Source of the DNA: an uncultured delta proteobacterium
GTDB taxonomy: Bacteria; Desulfobacterota; Desulfomonilia; UBA1062
Length of the DNA stretch: 64,000 nt
NCBI GenBank assembly: GCA_963785235.1
Contig: CAWAUM010000007.1
Span: 1 to 64,000 of the forward strand
Reading direction: 5' to 3'
Shown here: one piece after another, positions 52,668 through 64,000 of the stretch
Position numbering within the stretch: the first letter of the stretch is position 1
How the letters are laid out: each line of letters starts with the position of its first letter
Notes under the pieces: generated by a model
What the model was told of the DNA's origin: nothing
The model's database searches: none
The model's input: the letters and a program-made list of their open reading frames with translations, nothing else
Made by a program: the position numbers and the translations under genes

Positions 52668-53981
52668 CTATGATATCTTGGCATGCTGCCTTGTTTCAGA
52701 CCCGATGATATCGAAGACCTTCATGGCCGAGGAAAAACTGATATCACCCGAGCACCCATCACCTTGTACTGTATCCCCAACAAAGTAGAGTCCCTTGATG
52801 GATTCACACACCACATGGGGTCTGTTTGGCCTGGCATGGTTCGGGGTAAGCACGTTCCCGTTCATCACGTCAACAACGAGCCTGCGTTCCTTGATCAGAT
52901 TGGGAAGCAGGTGAGGGAAGAGCAGGGCAATGGTGATCTTCAGTCTCTTTTGGGTTGCCTTAACCACCTCAGGGTCTCCATCAAATCTCCAGGGCAGCAT
53001 GATCCCCCATGTGGAGAGAAACTTTCCCTGAGGGGTGAAGCTCGGGTCAGCGTTTGTCTGGAAACGTGCCCATATAGGTATATCCACACCCAGAATACTC
53101 CCCTTTATGTCGGTTACTGGATAGTTGGTAATAAAGTCGAAACTCAAACATGAGCTGTGTTCTATGCCCTCAGTATATCTCACGAAATCCTGAGAAAAAA
53201 GACCTTTGTCCATAATATCAAACAGTAGTGGCAGGCGAGCAGCGAAGATTATCCGTTTTGTTTCATAAAGTCCCCTATCTGTCCTGACTCCTTTGACCTC
53301 TCCATGTTCAACTATGAGGTCGGTAACCTTTTCATTACTATGGATAAGTCCTTTGGATTCCACATGGAACTGAAGTTTGCGGAAGATCTGAGATGATCCC
53401 CCCACAGGTTCTCCGACACTGACCCCGGCAGTAAGCAACCTCTGAATAAAAGTTATTACCTCGCCTGCACTTACCTTATCCGGGGTCGGGCACATCACTG
53501 AGATCCCCAGTAGAGGCAGGATATCTTCCACCTCCTTGTTTGTGAAATATGTATGATAGAAATCAGCAAGGGTTTTGTCGTACCACTGTGCTGGATCACA
53601 ATGTTTTATCTTCGATAGTAGTCTTAATAAAGCCAGTCTTCCGAAAAAGGAAAGCATGGGCGTCTTCAGGTAGCCCATTACCCCTTCCGGCCTTTCCCAG
53701 AGCTGATTTTTATAAATGAGCTTAGCGTCATTCGACCTTGGCAGAAAGGTGATTTCGTCTCCCAATCGGCAGAAAAGTTGGTTGGCGATGCCCATCTCTG
53801 CAAGGCGATGGGAGTGTGCCCCGTATTCCCATTGGTATCCGTCCTCATCGGAAAAAAAACTGGCCCTTCCACCAATTAGCGAGGCTTGCTCAATAACCAT
53901 AATCTTGAGGCCCGAATGGGCAAGGAGGGCGGCAACACCCATTCCGCCATATCCTGCGCCGATTATGATTGCGTCAAGCAT
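52668..53981 (-). CDS. FAD-dependent oxidoreductase, phytoene-desaturase/amine-oxidase superfamily
   Basis: IIGAGYGG, GGRA, YGAH, GLYFVGD. Confidence 0.8.
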   Translation of the reverse strand: MLDAIIIGAGYGGMGVAALLAHSGLKIMVIEQASLIGGRASFFSDEDGYQWEYGAHSHRLAEMGIANQLFCRLGDEITFLPRSNDAKLIYKNQLWERPEGVMGYLKTPMLSFFGRLALLRLLSKIKHCDPAQWYDKTLADFYHTYFTNKEVEDILPLLGISVMCPTPDKVSAGEVITFIQRLLTAGVSVGEPVGGSSQIFRKLQFHVESKGLIHSNEKVTDLIVEHGEVKGVRTDRGLYETKRIIFAARLPLLFDIMDKGLFSQDFVRYTEGIEHSSCLSFDFITNYPVTDIKGSILGVDIPIWARFQTNADPSFTPQGKFLSTWGIMLPWRFDGDPEVVKATQKRLKITIALLFPHLLPNLIKERRLVVDVMNGNVLTPNHARPNRPHVVCESIKGLYFVGDTVQGDGCSGDISFSSAMKVFDIIGSETRQHAKIS

Positions 53982-54206
53982 TCACATCACCTTCATCTGA
54001 TAAGAATATATTTTGCTCATCCTGAAGATAGTTCCTTCAGGGTATATACCTTGGACTGTATATTTACAGCATGATTAAGGCTTTGTCCATTTTATGATAA
54101 TGGTGTTTTATCAGACAGCCCCGGTTTGAATCTTTACACGTTCAAGGACTTCGTATTATATGAAGCCCACCTGTTTTCAATAATAAGTATTTTTGAGGCC
54201 ACCTGT

Positions 54207-54743
54207 ATGAGTCAGAGAAGACCTTCATGGGACGAATATTTCATGATGCTTGCAAAGCTTGCAGCCTCCCGTTCCACGTGCCTTTCACGGCCTACCGGTG
54301 CTGTGGTGGTAAAGGACAAGCAGGTGGTTACAACAGGCTACAATGGTTCTCTGCCGGGACAATCCCATTGCATGGATGACGGGATATGTTTTCGGAGGTC
54401 GCTCAAGTGGCCTGAGGCCATGAAGTATGACATGTGCAGATCTGCCCATGCAGAGGCCAATGCCGTCTCTCTGGCAGCAAAGAAGGGGGTAAGCCTCGAA
54501 GGGGCAACCATATATTGCACGCTCGAACCGTGTATAACGTGCTCTAAGCTCATCGTGATGTCAGGTATCACTAGGGTTGTGTATGAGCACTCCTACGATT
54601 CACCCATCCCGGAGCGTGATCAGTATTGGAAGGATGTGCTCGCATTGAGCCGAACATCGGTCGAACAACTCATCATTCATGATGAAACAATGAAGTATGC
54701 AATGCAATTCATGAGTGGTGATACATCAAAGAGGAGGCTTTAG
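54207..54743 (+). CDS. dCMP deaminase
   Basis: RPSWDEYFM, RSTC, TGYNG, HAEANA, PCITC. Confidence 0.92.
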   Translation: MSQRRPSWDEYFMMLAKLAASRSTCLSRPTGAVVVKDKQVVTTGYNGSLPGQSHCMDDGICFRRSLKWPEAMKYDMCRSAHAEANAVSLAAKKGVSLEGATIYCTLEPCITCSKLIVMSGITRVVYEHSYDSPIPERDQYWKDVLALSRTSVEQLIIHDETMKYAMQFMSGDTSKRRL

Positions 54744-55328
54744 ATGGTATTGGGTGCTGACAGGATCATTCAGATGGTCTGCCAGGGGGTTGAGGTGGAA
54801 GACCATATCACGGGGAAGAATGTTATGAAACCTCTTGTGGAATTTCTCGGCTCAGACCAGATTGACGGTATTGAGGGAACAACCGTGGACTTGCGCCTGG
54901 GTGCGATATACAAACCCGTGGGCAAGGCATGTCTCATGAGAGACAGCCGGGTCACTCCCGAGATTGACAGGATCATGGATATAACCGACACACCCGATGG
55001 GGTGTTCACGATCAAGCCTGGTGATTATCTGCTTTTTCAGACCATTGAGCAGGTCAATCTGCCAGCGAATCTTTTTGCATATATAAGACCGCGCACCACC
55101 CTGATTCGTTCCGGCATACCCCTGGAAACGGCCTTTGTATCCCCCAATTACCAGGGCAGGCTTACCGTGGGCATGAAGCATCAGGGACTCATGGATGTGG
55201 AGATACAGATGGGTTTCCGTATCTTGTGCATCGCATTTTTTCCCATTGAGGGCAATGCAGTGCCATACAGGGGAGTATGGCAGGGTGACAGGGTTTCAAC
55301 CAATGGCAAGGAGGAGAGACCATTTTGA
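54744..55328 (+). CDS. dCTP deaminase/dUTPase-fold protein
   Basis: VDLRLG, T.E.VNLP, PRTTLIRSG, PNYQG. Confidence 0.8.
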   Translation: MVLGADRIIQMVCQGVEVEDHITGKNVMKPLVEFLGSDQIDGIEGTTVDLRLGAIYKPVGKACLMRDSRVTPEIDRIMDITDTPDGVFTIKPGDYLLFQTIEQVNLPANLFAYIRPRTTLIRSGIPLETAFVSPNYQGRLTVGMKHQGLMDVEIQMGFRILCIAFFPIEGNAVPYRGVWQGDRVSTNGKEERPF

Positions 55329-56056
55329 AGTACTTTAATCGTGAAATGGAGCATATAGAAAAGTGGGGACACATCAGGCAGGGCCTGTTCAGGAACGAGG
55401 AACCCCTGGTTAAGCTTATCGGGGTTACCACCCCCGTAGAAGAAATGACCTCCCAGGATGTAACCATTGAGACTTTGCCGGCCTATACTGCCAGGCAGAG
55501 CCATGAATCGGAAGGTACCCATGAGGACGACCTGCGGCTCAACAAAAAGCTTATCTCCTGGGGCCACCAGACCTGCCTGGAGGCAGTACAGTTTGTGTAC
55601 TATGTGACAGGGGTGTCCAAATCACTGGCCGGCCAGTGGACACGTCATAGGATCGGCATCGGGTGGACCTTCCGATCAACAAGATATGTAAAGGCCAATA
55701 AGAATATGTTCATCTACCCGGCACTGGAATATATCGATTCAGAAGACCAGGTGAAGTCTATTTATCAAGCGTATGAAAAGGAACACAGACATTCCATGGA
55801 TGTCTATGAAGAGCTCCAGAAGCTTGGGGTGCGCAACCAGGAACTGAGAAGGCTCATGCCTGTGGGGTGGTCCACATCGGCATATGTCTATGTCAATGCC
55901 AGGTCATTACGGCATTTCTTCGAGCTTCGCTTGGAAAAGTCTGCCGAATGGGAGATCAGACGTCTGGCATATCTCATGTTCAATGACGTCATGGCAATAG
56001 CCCCTACCTTGTTTGAAGACCTCATCAAAGAAGAAACAGGTTCTTCTGATAAATAG
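55325..56056 (+). CDS. thyX: Flavin-dependent thymidylate synthase
   Basis: GHQTCLE, RHR-x8-STRY, NARSLRHFFELR, WEIR. Confidence 0.92.
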   Translation: MKYFNREMEHIEKWGHIRQGLFRNEEPLVKLIGVTTPVEEMTSQDVTIETLPAYTARQSHESEGTHEDDLRLNKKLISWGHQTCLEAVQFVYYVTGVSKSLAGQWTRHRIGIGWTFRSTRYVKANKNMFIYPALEYIDSEDQVKSIYQAYEKEHRHSMDVYEELQKLGVRNQELRRLMPVGWSTSAYVYVNARSLRHFFELRLEKSAEWEIRRLAYLMFNDVMAIAPTLFEDLIKEETGSSDK

Positions 56057-56090
56057 TCCGACTGAGCCGCCGGGAAAGGGATAGAGATGG

Positions 56091-56846
56091 ATGAAAGGAA
56101 AATGCGAGCCGAATAAGGATGAGACGTTCGATCTCTTATCGTGTTGCAACCTGTCCATCCTCCAGAAGAAAAAAGGTTACCGGTATTCGCTAGATTCATA
56201 TCTTCTCGGGGCCTTTGTAGATGAGGCACCAGGAACAGAGGTCATCGAGATAGGGTCAGGGTCCGGTGTGGTGTCTATCCTGCTTTCAGCAGTGAAGGGT
56301 CTTCATGTAACCGGCATAGAGATACAGGAAGACCTGGCTGAGATGTCAAAAAGATCCATTGAGCACTCCGGCCTGTCGGATAAGATCAGGATAACCTGCT
56401 GTGATATAAAGGATTATTCCGGACCCAAGGTTGATGTAGTTGTTGCGAATCCCCCATACAGACCCCTTTCCACCGGTAGGATAAACCCGGACAGGTCAAA
56501 GGCAATAGCCAGGCATGAGATCTCTCTGGATCTTGATTTGTTGCTCAAGAAGACGTATGGAATCCTGCGGCCGCTTGGAAGATTATACATCGTGTATCCG
56601 GCATGGAGAGTACCGGATCTCCTGGTTGCCATGCGGAACAGACGGATCGAGCCGAAACAAATGAAGTGTGTGTATACATCCCCGGTAAGGACATGCGAGA
56701 TCTGCCTTGTATGCGGGGTAAAGGGCGGCGGCAAGGAGTTCATCATCGAGAGTCCTCTGATTGTCTATAATCAAGACAACACATACCACCATGACATGGA
56801 GATGGTATTCCAGAGTCTTACCTTACCGAAAAAGCCATTGACCTGA
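56091..56846 (+). CDS. tRNA1(Val) A37 N6-methyltransferase-like
   Basis: GYRYSLDS, EIGSGSG, NPPY, ARHE. Confidence 0.85.
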   Translation: MKGKCEPNKDETFDLLSCCNLSILQKKKGYRYSLDSYLLGAFVDEAPGTEVIEIGSGSGVVSILLSAVKGLHVTGIEIQEDLAEMSKRSIEHSGLSDKIRITCCDIKDYSGPKVDVVVANPPYRPLSTGRINPDRSKAIARHEISLDLDLLLKKTYGILRPLGRLYIVYPAWRVPDLLVAMRNRRIEPKQMKCVYTSPVRTCEICLVCGVKGGGKEFIIESPLIVYNQDNTYHHDMEMVFQSLTLPKKPLT

Positions 56847-56902
56847 ATATAAGATACATGAGAAAGGAATAGCCACTTCGGCAGATAGAGAAAGGATTCA
56901 TA

Positions 56903-58204
56903 ATGAGAGTCGAGATTACTGATGTTGGCGGCACAAAAAGGCAGATGAAGGTGGTTGTCCCTAAAGAGGAAGTGACCACGGTCACGCAGGAGATCTACCA
57001 GGAGATTGCCCAGGGTGTTGCCATAAAAGGATTCAGGAAAGGGAAGGCGCCCAAGCACATTATCAAGATGTACTACCAGGAATACATTAACAATGAGCTC
57101 TCCCGCAAGCTTGTAAGGGAAAAATTCGAAGAGGCAGCGAAAGAACAGAATATCTTTGTCGTGTCGGTCCCTGAGTTTGAGAATGAACCGCCGAAGGAGA
57201 ATGAAGAGTTTGAATTCTCTGCAAAGTTTGATGTGAAACCCGAAGTAGTACCCCAGGTGTATACCGGGTTTGAGTTGAAAAAGCCGAAAGTTGCAGTGGA
57301 AGATAAGAATATTGATGACGTCATTACGAGGTTGTTGGAAACCTATGCCACGGTTAAGGATGTGGACGACGCTGATTTTGAAGTAAAGAATGGTGATTAT
57401 GCCATTGTTAACATTACCTGCGAGGAAAACGATAAGTTGAACCGGGATAAGATCACGGTTGAAGCGGGTGTTCGCAGTGCCTTCCCAGGGCTTGAGAATG
57501 AGGTGTTGGGGCTTAAGACCGGTGATACGAAAGAGGTAAATATAACCTTCCCTGAAACCCATTTTCTGGAGGATATGAGGGGTAAGCAGGCCTTGCTCAG
57601 AATTCAGGTCCAGGGGATAAAGCAAAAGGAGATGCCGGTATTTGATGACGAGTTCGCCAAGATGGTGCATAAGGATGTAACAAACGTGGACGATCTCAGG
57701 AAGGCCATTGAGAAGGATCTTATAGAGCGACTTGAAGCTGATTCCAGAACATACATTGAGAAACAGCTTTCAGACAAGCTCATGGAGGAAAACCAGTTCG
57801 ATGTTCCTGAGTCAATGGTCAGGTTCCAGGCCATGATGATGCTCCAGGGAATATCCCAGAGGCTTTCATCCCAGGGTGTTAAGTTGCAGGATGTCTATCC
57901 TGATGGCGAAGCCCTCAGGGAAGAGACCATGTCATCCGCAGAGAAGCTTGTGAAGACCACATTGCTCATCGAGGCTATAGCCAAAGCAAATGCCATTGAG
58001 GCAACCGATGAAGATGTGGATAAAGAAATTGCATCATTGGCCGAAAAATACAGTATGACCCCTGATGCAGTTCGAAAGAGCTTCGAAGAGAGGGGAAGTC
58101 TCGAGGAGATGAGATTCGGCATACTGGAGCGCAAAGTGTATGACTATATAATAACAAATTCAACCATCGTAGAGGTGGATAGCATTGAGGAGAAGACCGC
58201 ATGA
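56903..58204 (+). CDS. tig: Trigger factor
   Basis: [10 protein letters not shown]; upstream of clpP. Confidence 0.93.
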   Translation: MRVEITDVGGTKRQMKVVVPKEEVTTVTQEIYQEIAQGVAIKGFRKGKAPKHIIKMYYQEYINNELSRKLVREKFEEAAKEQNIFVVSVPEFENEPPKENEEFEFSAKFDVKPEVVPQVYTGFELKKPKVAVEDKNIDDVITRLLETYATVKDVDDADFEVKNGDYAIVNITCEENDKLNRDKITVEAGVRSAFPGLENEVLGLKTGDTKEVNITFPETHFLEDMRGKQALLRIQVQGIKQKEMPVFDDEFAKMVHKDVTNVDDLRKAIEKDLIERLEADSRTYIEKQLSDKLMEENQFDVPESMVRFQAMMMLQGISQRLSSQGVKLQDVYPDGEALREETMSSAEKLVKTTLLIEAIAKANAIEATDEDVDKEIASLAEKYSMTPDAVRKSFEERGSLEEMRFGILERKVYDYIITNSTIVEVDSIEEKTA

Positions 58205-58827
58205 CACTGGTTCCCATTGTAGTGGAGCAGACAAGCCGTGGGGAGCGCTCCTATGACATCTATTCCCGGTTGCTCAAGGACAGGATTGTCATGCTTGGAA
58301 CAGAGATCAATGACGATATTGCCAACCTTCTTGTGGCACAATTCCTCTTTCTGGAATCCGAAGACCCTGACAAGGATATCTTTTTCTACATCAACTCGCC
58401 AGGAGGATCGGTGACTGCAGGATTGGCGGTTTATGATACTATACAGTACATCAAATCAAAGGTGAGCACTATCTGCATTGGGCAGGCGGCTTCAATGGCC
58501 GCGGTGCTTCTTGCAGCAGGAGAGAACGGCATGCGCTATTCGTTGCCGCATTCGCGTATCCTGATCCATCAGCCTCTGGGTGGCGCCCAGGGGCAGGTAA
58601 CGGATGTGAATATCCAGGTCGCCGAGATGTTGCGTCTCAAGGATGCCCTCACCAAGATCTTGTCAAAGCATACCGGTCAGCCTATAGATAAGATAGCAAC
58701 CGATACGGAACGCGACTTTTTCATGGATGCGACAGAAGCACAGAAGTATGGTATAATAGATCACGTCATCTTCAAGAGACCCACCAAGGAGAAAGAAGGG
58801 GAGAAGGCGGATGCCAAAAATAAATGA
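58201..58827 (+). CDS. clpP: ClpP protease
   Basis: DIYSRLL, YINSPGG, AASM, IHQP. Confidence 0.97.
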   Translation: MTLVPIVVEQTSRGERSYDIYSRLLKDRIVMLGTEINDDIANLLVAQFLFLESEDPDKDIFFYINSPGGSVTAGLAVYDTIQYIKSKVSTICIGQAASMAAVLLAAGENGMRYSLPHSRILIHQPLGGAQGQVTDVNIQVAEMLRLKDALTKILSKHTGQPIDKIATDTERDFFMDATEAQKYGIIDHVIFKRPTKEKEGEKADAKNK

Positions 58828-60064
58828 TCACTACAGGCCCGGGCTGAGGTGCTCGTTCTGTGGAAAATCACAGGAAGAAGTCCGGAAGCTTATCGCGGGT
58901 CCTGATGTATACATCTGCGACGAATGCATCGCCCTGTGCAACGAGATCCTTGCTGAAGAGGAGGGTGAGTACCGGCATTTCAGCACATCATCAAGTATCC
59001 CCAAACCTTCTGAAATAAAAGAGGTTCTCGATGAGTATGTCATCGGCCAGGAGATGACAAAGCGTATCCTGTCCGTTGCGGTTCATAACCATTATAAACG
59101 GATAGAATCGAATACCAATATCGGAGGGGTGGAGATAAGCAAGAGTAACATAATGCTCATCGGCCCCACTGGAAGCGGTAAGACCCTGCTTGCACAGACA
59201 CTGGCCAAGATCCTTGATGTCCCCTTCACCATTGCAGATGCCACCACCCTTACCGAGGCGGGATATGTCGGGGAGGATGTGGAAAACATCATAGTGAACC
59301 TCCTCCAGAATGCTGATTATGATGTGGAGCGTACCCAGAAGGGCATCGTTTATATAGATGAAATCGACAAGATTGCCTCAAGGGGCGATAACCCATCCAT
59401 AACCAGAGATGTATCCGGCGAGGGTGTGCAGCAGGCCCTGCTCAAGATGATTGAGGGCACCATGGCCTCGATCCCACCCAAAGGTGGGCGTAAGCATCCC
59501 CAGCAGGAGTTCATCCAGATCGACACTTCCAATATCCTCTTTATCTGCGGAGGGGCATTCATCAGCCTGGATAAGATAATTTCCCAGAGACTGGACAAGA
59601 AGACTATCGGTTTTGTTGCCGAGATCGCAGGAAAGAAAGAGCACGACATAGGCGAGATACTGAAGAACGTCCAACCGGAAGACCTTATTAAATTCGGAAT
59701 GATTCCCGAGTTTATCGGCCGCATGCCTGTGGTTTCAACGCTCCATGAACTCGACGAAGATGCCCTTATTATTATCCTCACCGAGCCCAAGAACGCACTT
59801 GTGAAGCAGTACCAGGCTCTGTTGAAGCTCGAAGGGGTGGACCTTACCTTTACCAAAGACGCACTGAAGGCAGTAGCTACCGAGGCCATGAAGCGCAAAT
59901 CCGGCGCGAGGGGCCTGAGATCTATCATGGAAGGGATCATGCTCGACATAATGTATGATATCCCGGACATGGAAGGGGTCAAAGAATGCATCATCAGCCA
60001 GGATGTAGTGCTCAAAGGTAAACCACCTATCATTGTGTACGAGAGGAAAACCTCTCAGGCATAA
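58811..60064 (+). CDS. clpX: ClpX ATPase
   Basis: [28 protein letters not shown] loop. Confidence 0.97.
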   Translation: MPKINDHYRPGLRCSFCGKSQEEVRKLIAGPDVYICDECIALCNEILAEEEGEYRHFSTSSSIPKPSEIKEVLDEYVIGQEMTKRILSVAVHNHYKRIESNTNIGGVEISKSNIMLIGPTGSGKTLLAQTLAKILDVPFTIADATTLTEAGYVGEDVENIIVNLLQNADYDVERTQKGIVYIDEIDKIASRGDNPSITRDVSGEGVQQALLKMIEGTMASIPPKGGRKHPQQEFIQIDTSNILFICGGAFISLDKIISQRLDKKTIGFVAEIAGKKEHDIGEILKNVQPEDLIKFGMIPEFIGRMPVVSTLHELDEDALIIILTEPKNALVKQYQALLKLEGVDLTFTKDALKAVATEAMKRKSGARGLRSIMEGIMLDIMYDIPDMEGVKECIISQDVVLKGKPPIIVYERKTSQA

Positions 60065-60076
60065 AATTTATGATAT

Positions 60077-62386
60077 ATGAAGATTGAGGCATCTGAGCAT
60101 GTCTTTGCAATCCTGTCCCTGAAGGACATCGTTGTATTCCCTCATACGATCATTCCGCTGTTCATTGAGAATGCAAAGACGGTTAAGACAGTGAATGCAG
60201 CCTATGAGGATAAGGAGGAAATCCTTGTCTGCTGTCGAAGGCCGCATGTCCTTGAAGGGCCTCAACAGGATAACATTTTCCCTGTTGGAGTCTCTTCCGA
60301 AATTCTCCAATTGCTTGCGCTCCCCAACGGCTCCATTAAGGTGTTTATCGAGGGAAAGAGCCGTTGGCACATCAAGAATATCCTTTCTGATCAAGATCAG
60401 CTTCTTGCCGCTACAGAACAGTTTGTCGATTTTATTGCCGATGAACAAGAGGCGGAGGCCCTCAGGCGGCTGGTAGTTGAATCATTCAAGGAATATTGTG
60501 AGCTATACAATATTGATATCCCTTCCGAAGTGGTTAAAAAATTGGAATGCCAGGATGATCCCGGCATGGTCAGTGATATTGTGGTTTCTTATACGACCAT
60601 CAAGACTGAGAAAAAACAGGAAATTCTGGAAAATAATCACATCGAATCCCGGCTGGAGAAGGTCTATGAATACCTTTGCTCAGAGATTGATATAGCCAAA
60701 ATCCAATCGAGAAGGATAGAGCAGTCAAGGCAGAAGACCTCTACCACCAAAAGGGCCTCAGTTTTCGACCAGATGCAACCACAGCGAATTCCCATGGAGA
60801 ACATCGAAGATGAGTTGTCCATCCTGGAAAAACAACTCAGAAGTAAGAACATGCCTTCCCATGCCAGGGAGAAGGCCTTTGTCGAGTTGAAGCGGTTACG
60901 CATGATGCCACCAATGAGTGCCGAGGCAACGGTAATAAGAAATTATATTGACTGGTTTCTCGTGTTGCCATGGAATGAGATGAGCGAGGATAAGAAAGAT
61001 ATCGCATTTGCACAGCAGATTCTGGATGAAGACCACTATGGCCTGAACAAGGTGAAGGAACGTATTCTGGAATACCTCGCTGTTCAACAGATGGTGGGCA
61101 CAACGAGAGGGCCCATTCTGTGCCTGGTCGGGCCACCGGGGGTAGGCAAGACATCTTTGGGTAAGTCCATTGCCAGGGCTGTAGCGAGAAAATTTGTGCG
61201 GGTCTCTTTGGGAGGCGTTCGGGACGAAGCAGAGATAAAGGGGCACAGGCGTACATACATTGGTGCAATGCCCGGGAAGATCATTCAAGGCATCAGGCGC
61301 GCAGGGACATCAAATCCGGTGTTCCTCCTGGATGAAGTGGACAAGATGAGCACTGATTTCAGGGGCGACCCGTCTGCTGCCCTCCTGGAGGCCCTTGATC
61401 CGGAACAGAACAACGCATTTAACGATCATTACATGGATGCTGATTACGACGTTTCAAGGGTTATGTTCATTACTACTGCCAATACCACATATACCATACC
61501 TGCTCCACTGCTCGACCGGATGGAACTTATCCAGCTTGAGGGGTATACATCGTATGATAAGCTCAAGATAGGTGCCGGACATATAGTTCCGAAACAGCTT
61601 AAACTTCACGGCCTGGATGAAAGATGTATTCATTTTTCTCCCAGTGCCATTAAAACCATCATTCAGGAATACACCCGCGAGGCAGGGGTAAGGAGCATGG
61701 AGAAAGAGATATCCTCAGTATGCAGAAAGATCGTAAGGGGGATCGTCTCGGGCGGTACCAGGAAACAGATAAAGATTACCAGTAAAAAGGTTCATGATCT
61801 CTTGGGAGTACCTCGCTTCCGACGGCCCATCTATGAAAAGAAGGATTATGTCGGGGTGGTGAACGGTCTTGCCTGGACCGAGGCAGGCGGGGTGCTTCTC
61901 AGGGTGGAGACAACAGTTATGCCGGGCAAGGGCAAACTATTGCTCACGGGCAAGATGGGCGATGTCATGCAGGAATCCGCCCAGGCAGGCATGAGCTATG
62001 TACGGTCCAGGTCTCATGAGCTTGGACTTGATAAGAATTTTTATCAGACTATAGATATCCATATCCATATTCCAGAGGGTGCAATACCAAAGGACGGTCC
62101 ATCCGCGGGCGTTACCATGGCCACATCAATTATTTCCGCCTTGACCGGGAGAAGCGTCAAAAATCAGCTTGCCATGACAGGCGAGCTGACGCTGGGCGGC
62201 AAAGTCCTGCCTGTAGGCGGCCTTAAGGAAAAACTGCTGGCCGCTAAAGAGGCAGGAATAGAGATTGTTATCATCCCTGTGGAGAATGAGAAGGACCTGC
62301 ACGAGACCCCAAAGGATATTTTGCATGGAATGCAGGTCGATCTTGTTGAACACATGGACCAGATAATCGCATGTGCCCTTAACTGA
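60077..62386 (+). CDS. lon: Lon protease
   Basis: [28 protein letters not shown]. Confidence 0.95.
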   Translation: MKIEASEHVFAILSLKDIVVFPHTIIPLFIENAKTVKTVNAAYEDKEEILVCCRRPHVLEGPQQDNIFPVGVSSEILQLLALPNGSIKVFIEGKSRWHIKNILSDQDQLLAATEQFVDFIADEQEAEALRRLVVESFKEYCELYNIDIPSEVVKKLECQDDPGMVSDIVVSYTTIKTEKKQEILENNHIESRLEKVYEYLCSEIDIAKIQSRRIEQSRQKTSTTKRASVFDQMQPQRIPMENIEDELSILEKQLRSKNMPSHAREKAFVELKRLRMMPPMSAEATVIRNYIDWFLVLPWNEMSEDKKDIAFAQQILDEDHYGLNKVKERILEYLAVQQMVGTTRGPILCLVGPPGVGKTSLGKSIARAVARKFVRVSLGGVRDEAEIKGHRRTYIGAMPGKIIQGIRRAGTSNPVFLLDEVDKMSTDFRGDPSAALLEALDPEQNNAFNDHYMDADYDVSRVMFITTANTTYTIPAPLLDRMELIQLEGYTSYDKLKIGAGHIVPKQLKLHGLDERCIHFSPSAIKTIIQEYTREAGVRSMEKEISSVCRKIVRGIVSGGTRKQIKITSKKVHDLLGVPRFRRPIYEKKDYVGVVNGLAWTEAGGVLLRVETTVMPGKGKLLLTGKMGDVMQESAQAGMSYVRSRSHELGLDKNFYQTIDIHIHIPEGAIPKDGPSAGVTMATSIISALTGRSVKNQLAMTGELTLGGKVLPVGGLKEKLLAAKEAGIEIVIIPVENEKDLHETPKDILHGMQVDLVEHMDQIIACALN

Positions 62387-62390
62387 GCTA

Positions 62391-62419
62391 TTGACAGGCT
62401 TTATAAATGTTGTTAGTTT
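62391..62419 (+). promoter_or_regulatory. Putative sigma70 promoter for hup
   Basis: TTGACA-N17-TAGTTT. Confidence 0.5.
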
Positions 62420-62470
62420 TCGTGTTCACTGGGGCATGGGAAAACAAATACCATTTATAGGAGGAATGCT

Positions 62471-62746
62471 TTGACTAAGACAGAATTGATATCCGTTGTG
62501 GCAAACAAGGCGGGGATCCCCAAGGCAGCTGCTGAGAAGGCAATAAATGCAACAACAGAGGCCATCCAGACTGCACTTAAAAAAGGGGATAAGGTTACGT
62601 TGGTTGGTTTTGGTACGTTTGATGTTGCTATCAGGGCTGCACGGCAGGGAGTGAATCCCAGAACAAGAGAGACAATAAAGATCAAGGCTTCAAAGGCACC
62701 TCGTTTCAGGCCTGGCAAGGCGTTCAAGGAAGTCGTTAACAAGTAG
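62471..62746 (+). CDS. hup: HU DNA-binding protein
   Basis: VGFGTF, RQGVNPRT, PRFRPGK; TTG start with AGGAGG RBS. Confidence 0.93.
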   Translation: MTKTELISVVANKAGIPKAAAEKAINATTEAIQTALKKGDKVTLVGFGTFDVAIRAARQGVNPRTRETIKIKASKAPRFRPGKAFKEVVNK

Positions 62747-62769
62747 TTCTTTCTGATTAAAAAGAATCA

Positions 62770-62845
62770 GGGCGGGTAGCTCAGCCGGGAGAGCGTCGGC
62801 CTTACAAGCCGAATGTCGCAGGTTCAATCCCTGTCCCGCCTACCA
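62770..62845 (+). tRNA. tRNA-Val(TAC)
   Basis: Cloverleaf, anticodon TAC, GGTTCAATCC T-arm, encoded CCA. Confidence 0.95.
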
Positions 62846-62859
62846 TAGTGTTGAAGTTA

Positions 62860-62935
62860 GGGGGCGTAGTTAAGTGGTTATAACGCCGGCCTGTCACGCC
62901 GGAGGTCGCGAGTTCAAGTCTCGTCGCTCCCGCCA
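62860..62935 (+). tRNA. tRNA-Asp(GTC)
   Basis: Anticodon GTC, GTTCAAGTC T-arm, encoded CCA. Confidence 0.95.
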
Positions 62936-62940
62936 AAAGT

Positions 62941-62984
62941 AGTCTATACCTCACTCTTGTGAGGTATAGACTTTTATTTTTTTC
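62941..62984 (+). terminator. Terminator after the tRNAs
   Basis: agtctatacctcac-tctt-gtgaggtatagact then T tract. Confidence 0.8.
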
Positions 62985-63087
62985 TTGATTAAAATTAATC
63001 ATGCGACCTTTCAATTCACTAAATATTTTAAAGAGAATCATCCTGCCATGTTATGACGACAAGACCGCATAGGTTAAGAAGGCTGAC

Positions 63088-64000
63088 ATGGAACAGGTGA
63101 TGACAAAGCGCTGTATTGCGCTGTATTCCGGGGGGCTTGACAGCATCCTTGCCATCAAGATCATGGAAGAGCAGGGGATCGATGTTATTCCCTTGTATTT
63201 CTGCACGCCTTTTTTCGGGTTTGATGCCCTCAGAGATCCTGAGGCCTTCAAAAAGGCGCATGCGGATAAGTATAATATTAACATTCATATCACAGATTAT
63301 ACGAATGACATTACCCGTATCGTAAACGAGCCCCCTCATGGTTTTGGAAAACACCTCAATCCCTGTATCGACTGTAAGATTGGAATGCTCAGGAAAGCAA
63401 AAGAACTCCTTGATAAAATGGATGCGTCCTTTGTCATAACCGGAGAAGTGCTTGGACAGCGCCCAATGTCGCAACGCTCTGATACCATGAATGTCATCGA
63501 GAAGGAGTCGGGATTGCAGGATATTCTCCTGAGGCCTTTATGCGCGCAGCATTTGATAGAGACATTGCCTGAACGAATGGGAATAGTCAGAAGAGAAGGG
63601 CTCTGGGACATATCGGGCCGGGGGCGGAAGATACAGATAGAGCGTGCACTTGAATACGGCATAAAAAAGGAAGACATGCCAACGCCTGCAGGCGGGTGTC
63701 TTCTTACCGATGAGCAGATCTCATATAAGGTAAAAAGGACATTTGCAAGATTTTCACCTGATCTTCCTGAGAAAGCAGATCTCGTTGCCGATGTGCTAGG
63801 CAGGGAGTTTGTATTGAACAGGAGGGCCATACTTGTTGTTGGGAGGGATGAGAAAGAAAACGATATTATTTCAACCATTGTTTATCCGGGAAATATTTTT
63901 TTAAAGGTAGATGATGTGCCGGGGCCGTTGTGTATATTAAGGGGAAACGATACAGATGAGTATATGGCATTGGCAGCCGGCATATGCCTCAGATATAGCA
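63088..64000 (+). CDS. PP-loop tRNA thiolation-related protein (ThiI/MnmA-like); truncated by window end
   Basis: SGGLDS, NPCIDCK, TGEVLGQRPMSQ, PAGGCLLT. Confidence 0.85.
   Translation, partial: MEQVMTKRCIALYSGGLDSILAIKIMEEQGIDVIPLYFCTPFFGFDALRDPEAFKKAHADKYNINIHITDYTNDITRIVNEPPHGFGKHLNPCIDCKIGMLRKAKELLDKMDASFVITGEVLGQRPMSQRSDTMNVIEKESGLQDILLRPLCAQHLIETLPERMGIVRREGLWDISGRGRKIQIERALEYGIKKEDMPTPAGGCLLTDEQISYKVKRTFARFSPDLPEKADLVADVLGREFVLNRRAILVVGRDEKENDIISTIVYPGNIFLKVDDVPGPLCILRGNDTDEYMALAAGICLRYS

Noticed and set aside
62802-63041. 79-aa minus-strand ORF
   Set aside because: It is the antisense of tRNA-Val and tRNA-Asp.
62936-63087. Integrated element at the tRNA 3' end
   Set aside because: No integrase or att duplication is visible; a terminator and a housekeeping gene follow.

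Overview
Chromosomal window from an anaerobic bacterium. The gene content suggests Desulfobacterota/Deltaproteobacteria (inference). From left to right it holds: a TMTC-like membrane protein, an HpnA-like reductase and an acyl-CoA ligase; rfbA; higA with a higB remnant; an etfB-etfA(ferredoxin-fused)-membrane Fe-S oxidoreductase operon; hicBA; accessory genes interleaved with two families of small palindromic repeat elements; a DEAD-box helicase; a complete N-ATPase operon; selD with an in-frame Sec UGA and a divergent LysR; an amino-acid ABC transporter whose permease has an extra TPR-like domain; an AOR-SCP2-ADH-SCP2 operon; a two-component system divergent from an HMG-CoA-reductase-like gene plus a stand-alone DUF2156 gene; a dTMP synthesis cluster; tig-clpP-clpX-lon-hup; tRNA-Val and tRNA-Asp. 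About a dozen single-base frameshifts in conserved genes look like sequencing errors. The best candidates for new biology are the HMGR-like/DUF2156 pair, the ~225-bp nested palindromic element with covarying arms, and the repeat-bracketed hicBA cassette. All family assignments come from motifs recognised by eye; no searches were run.
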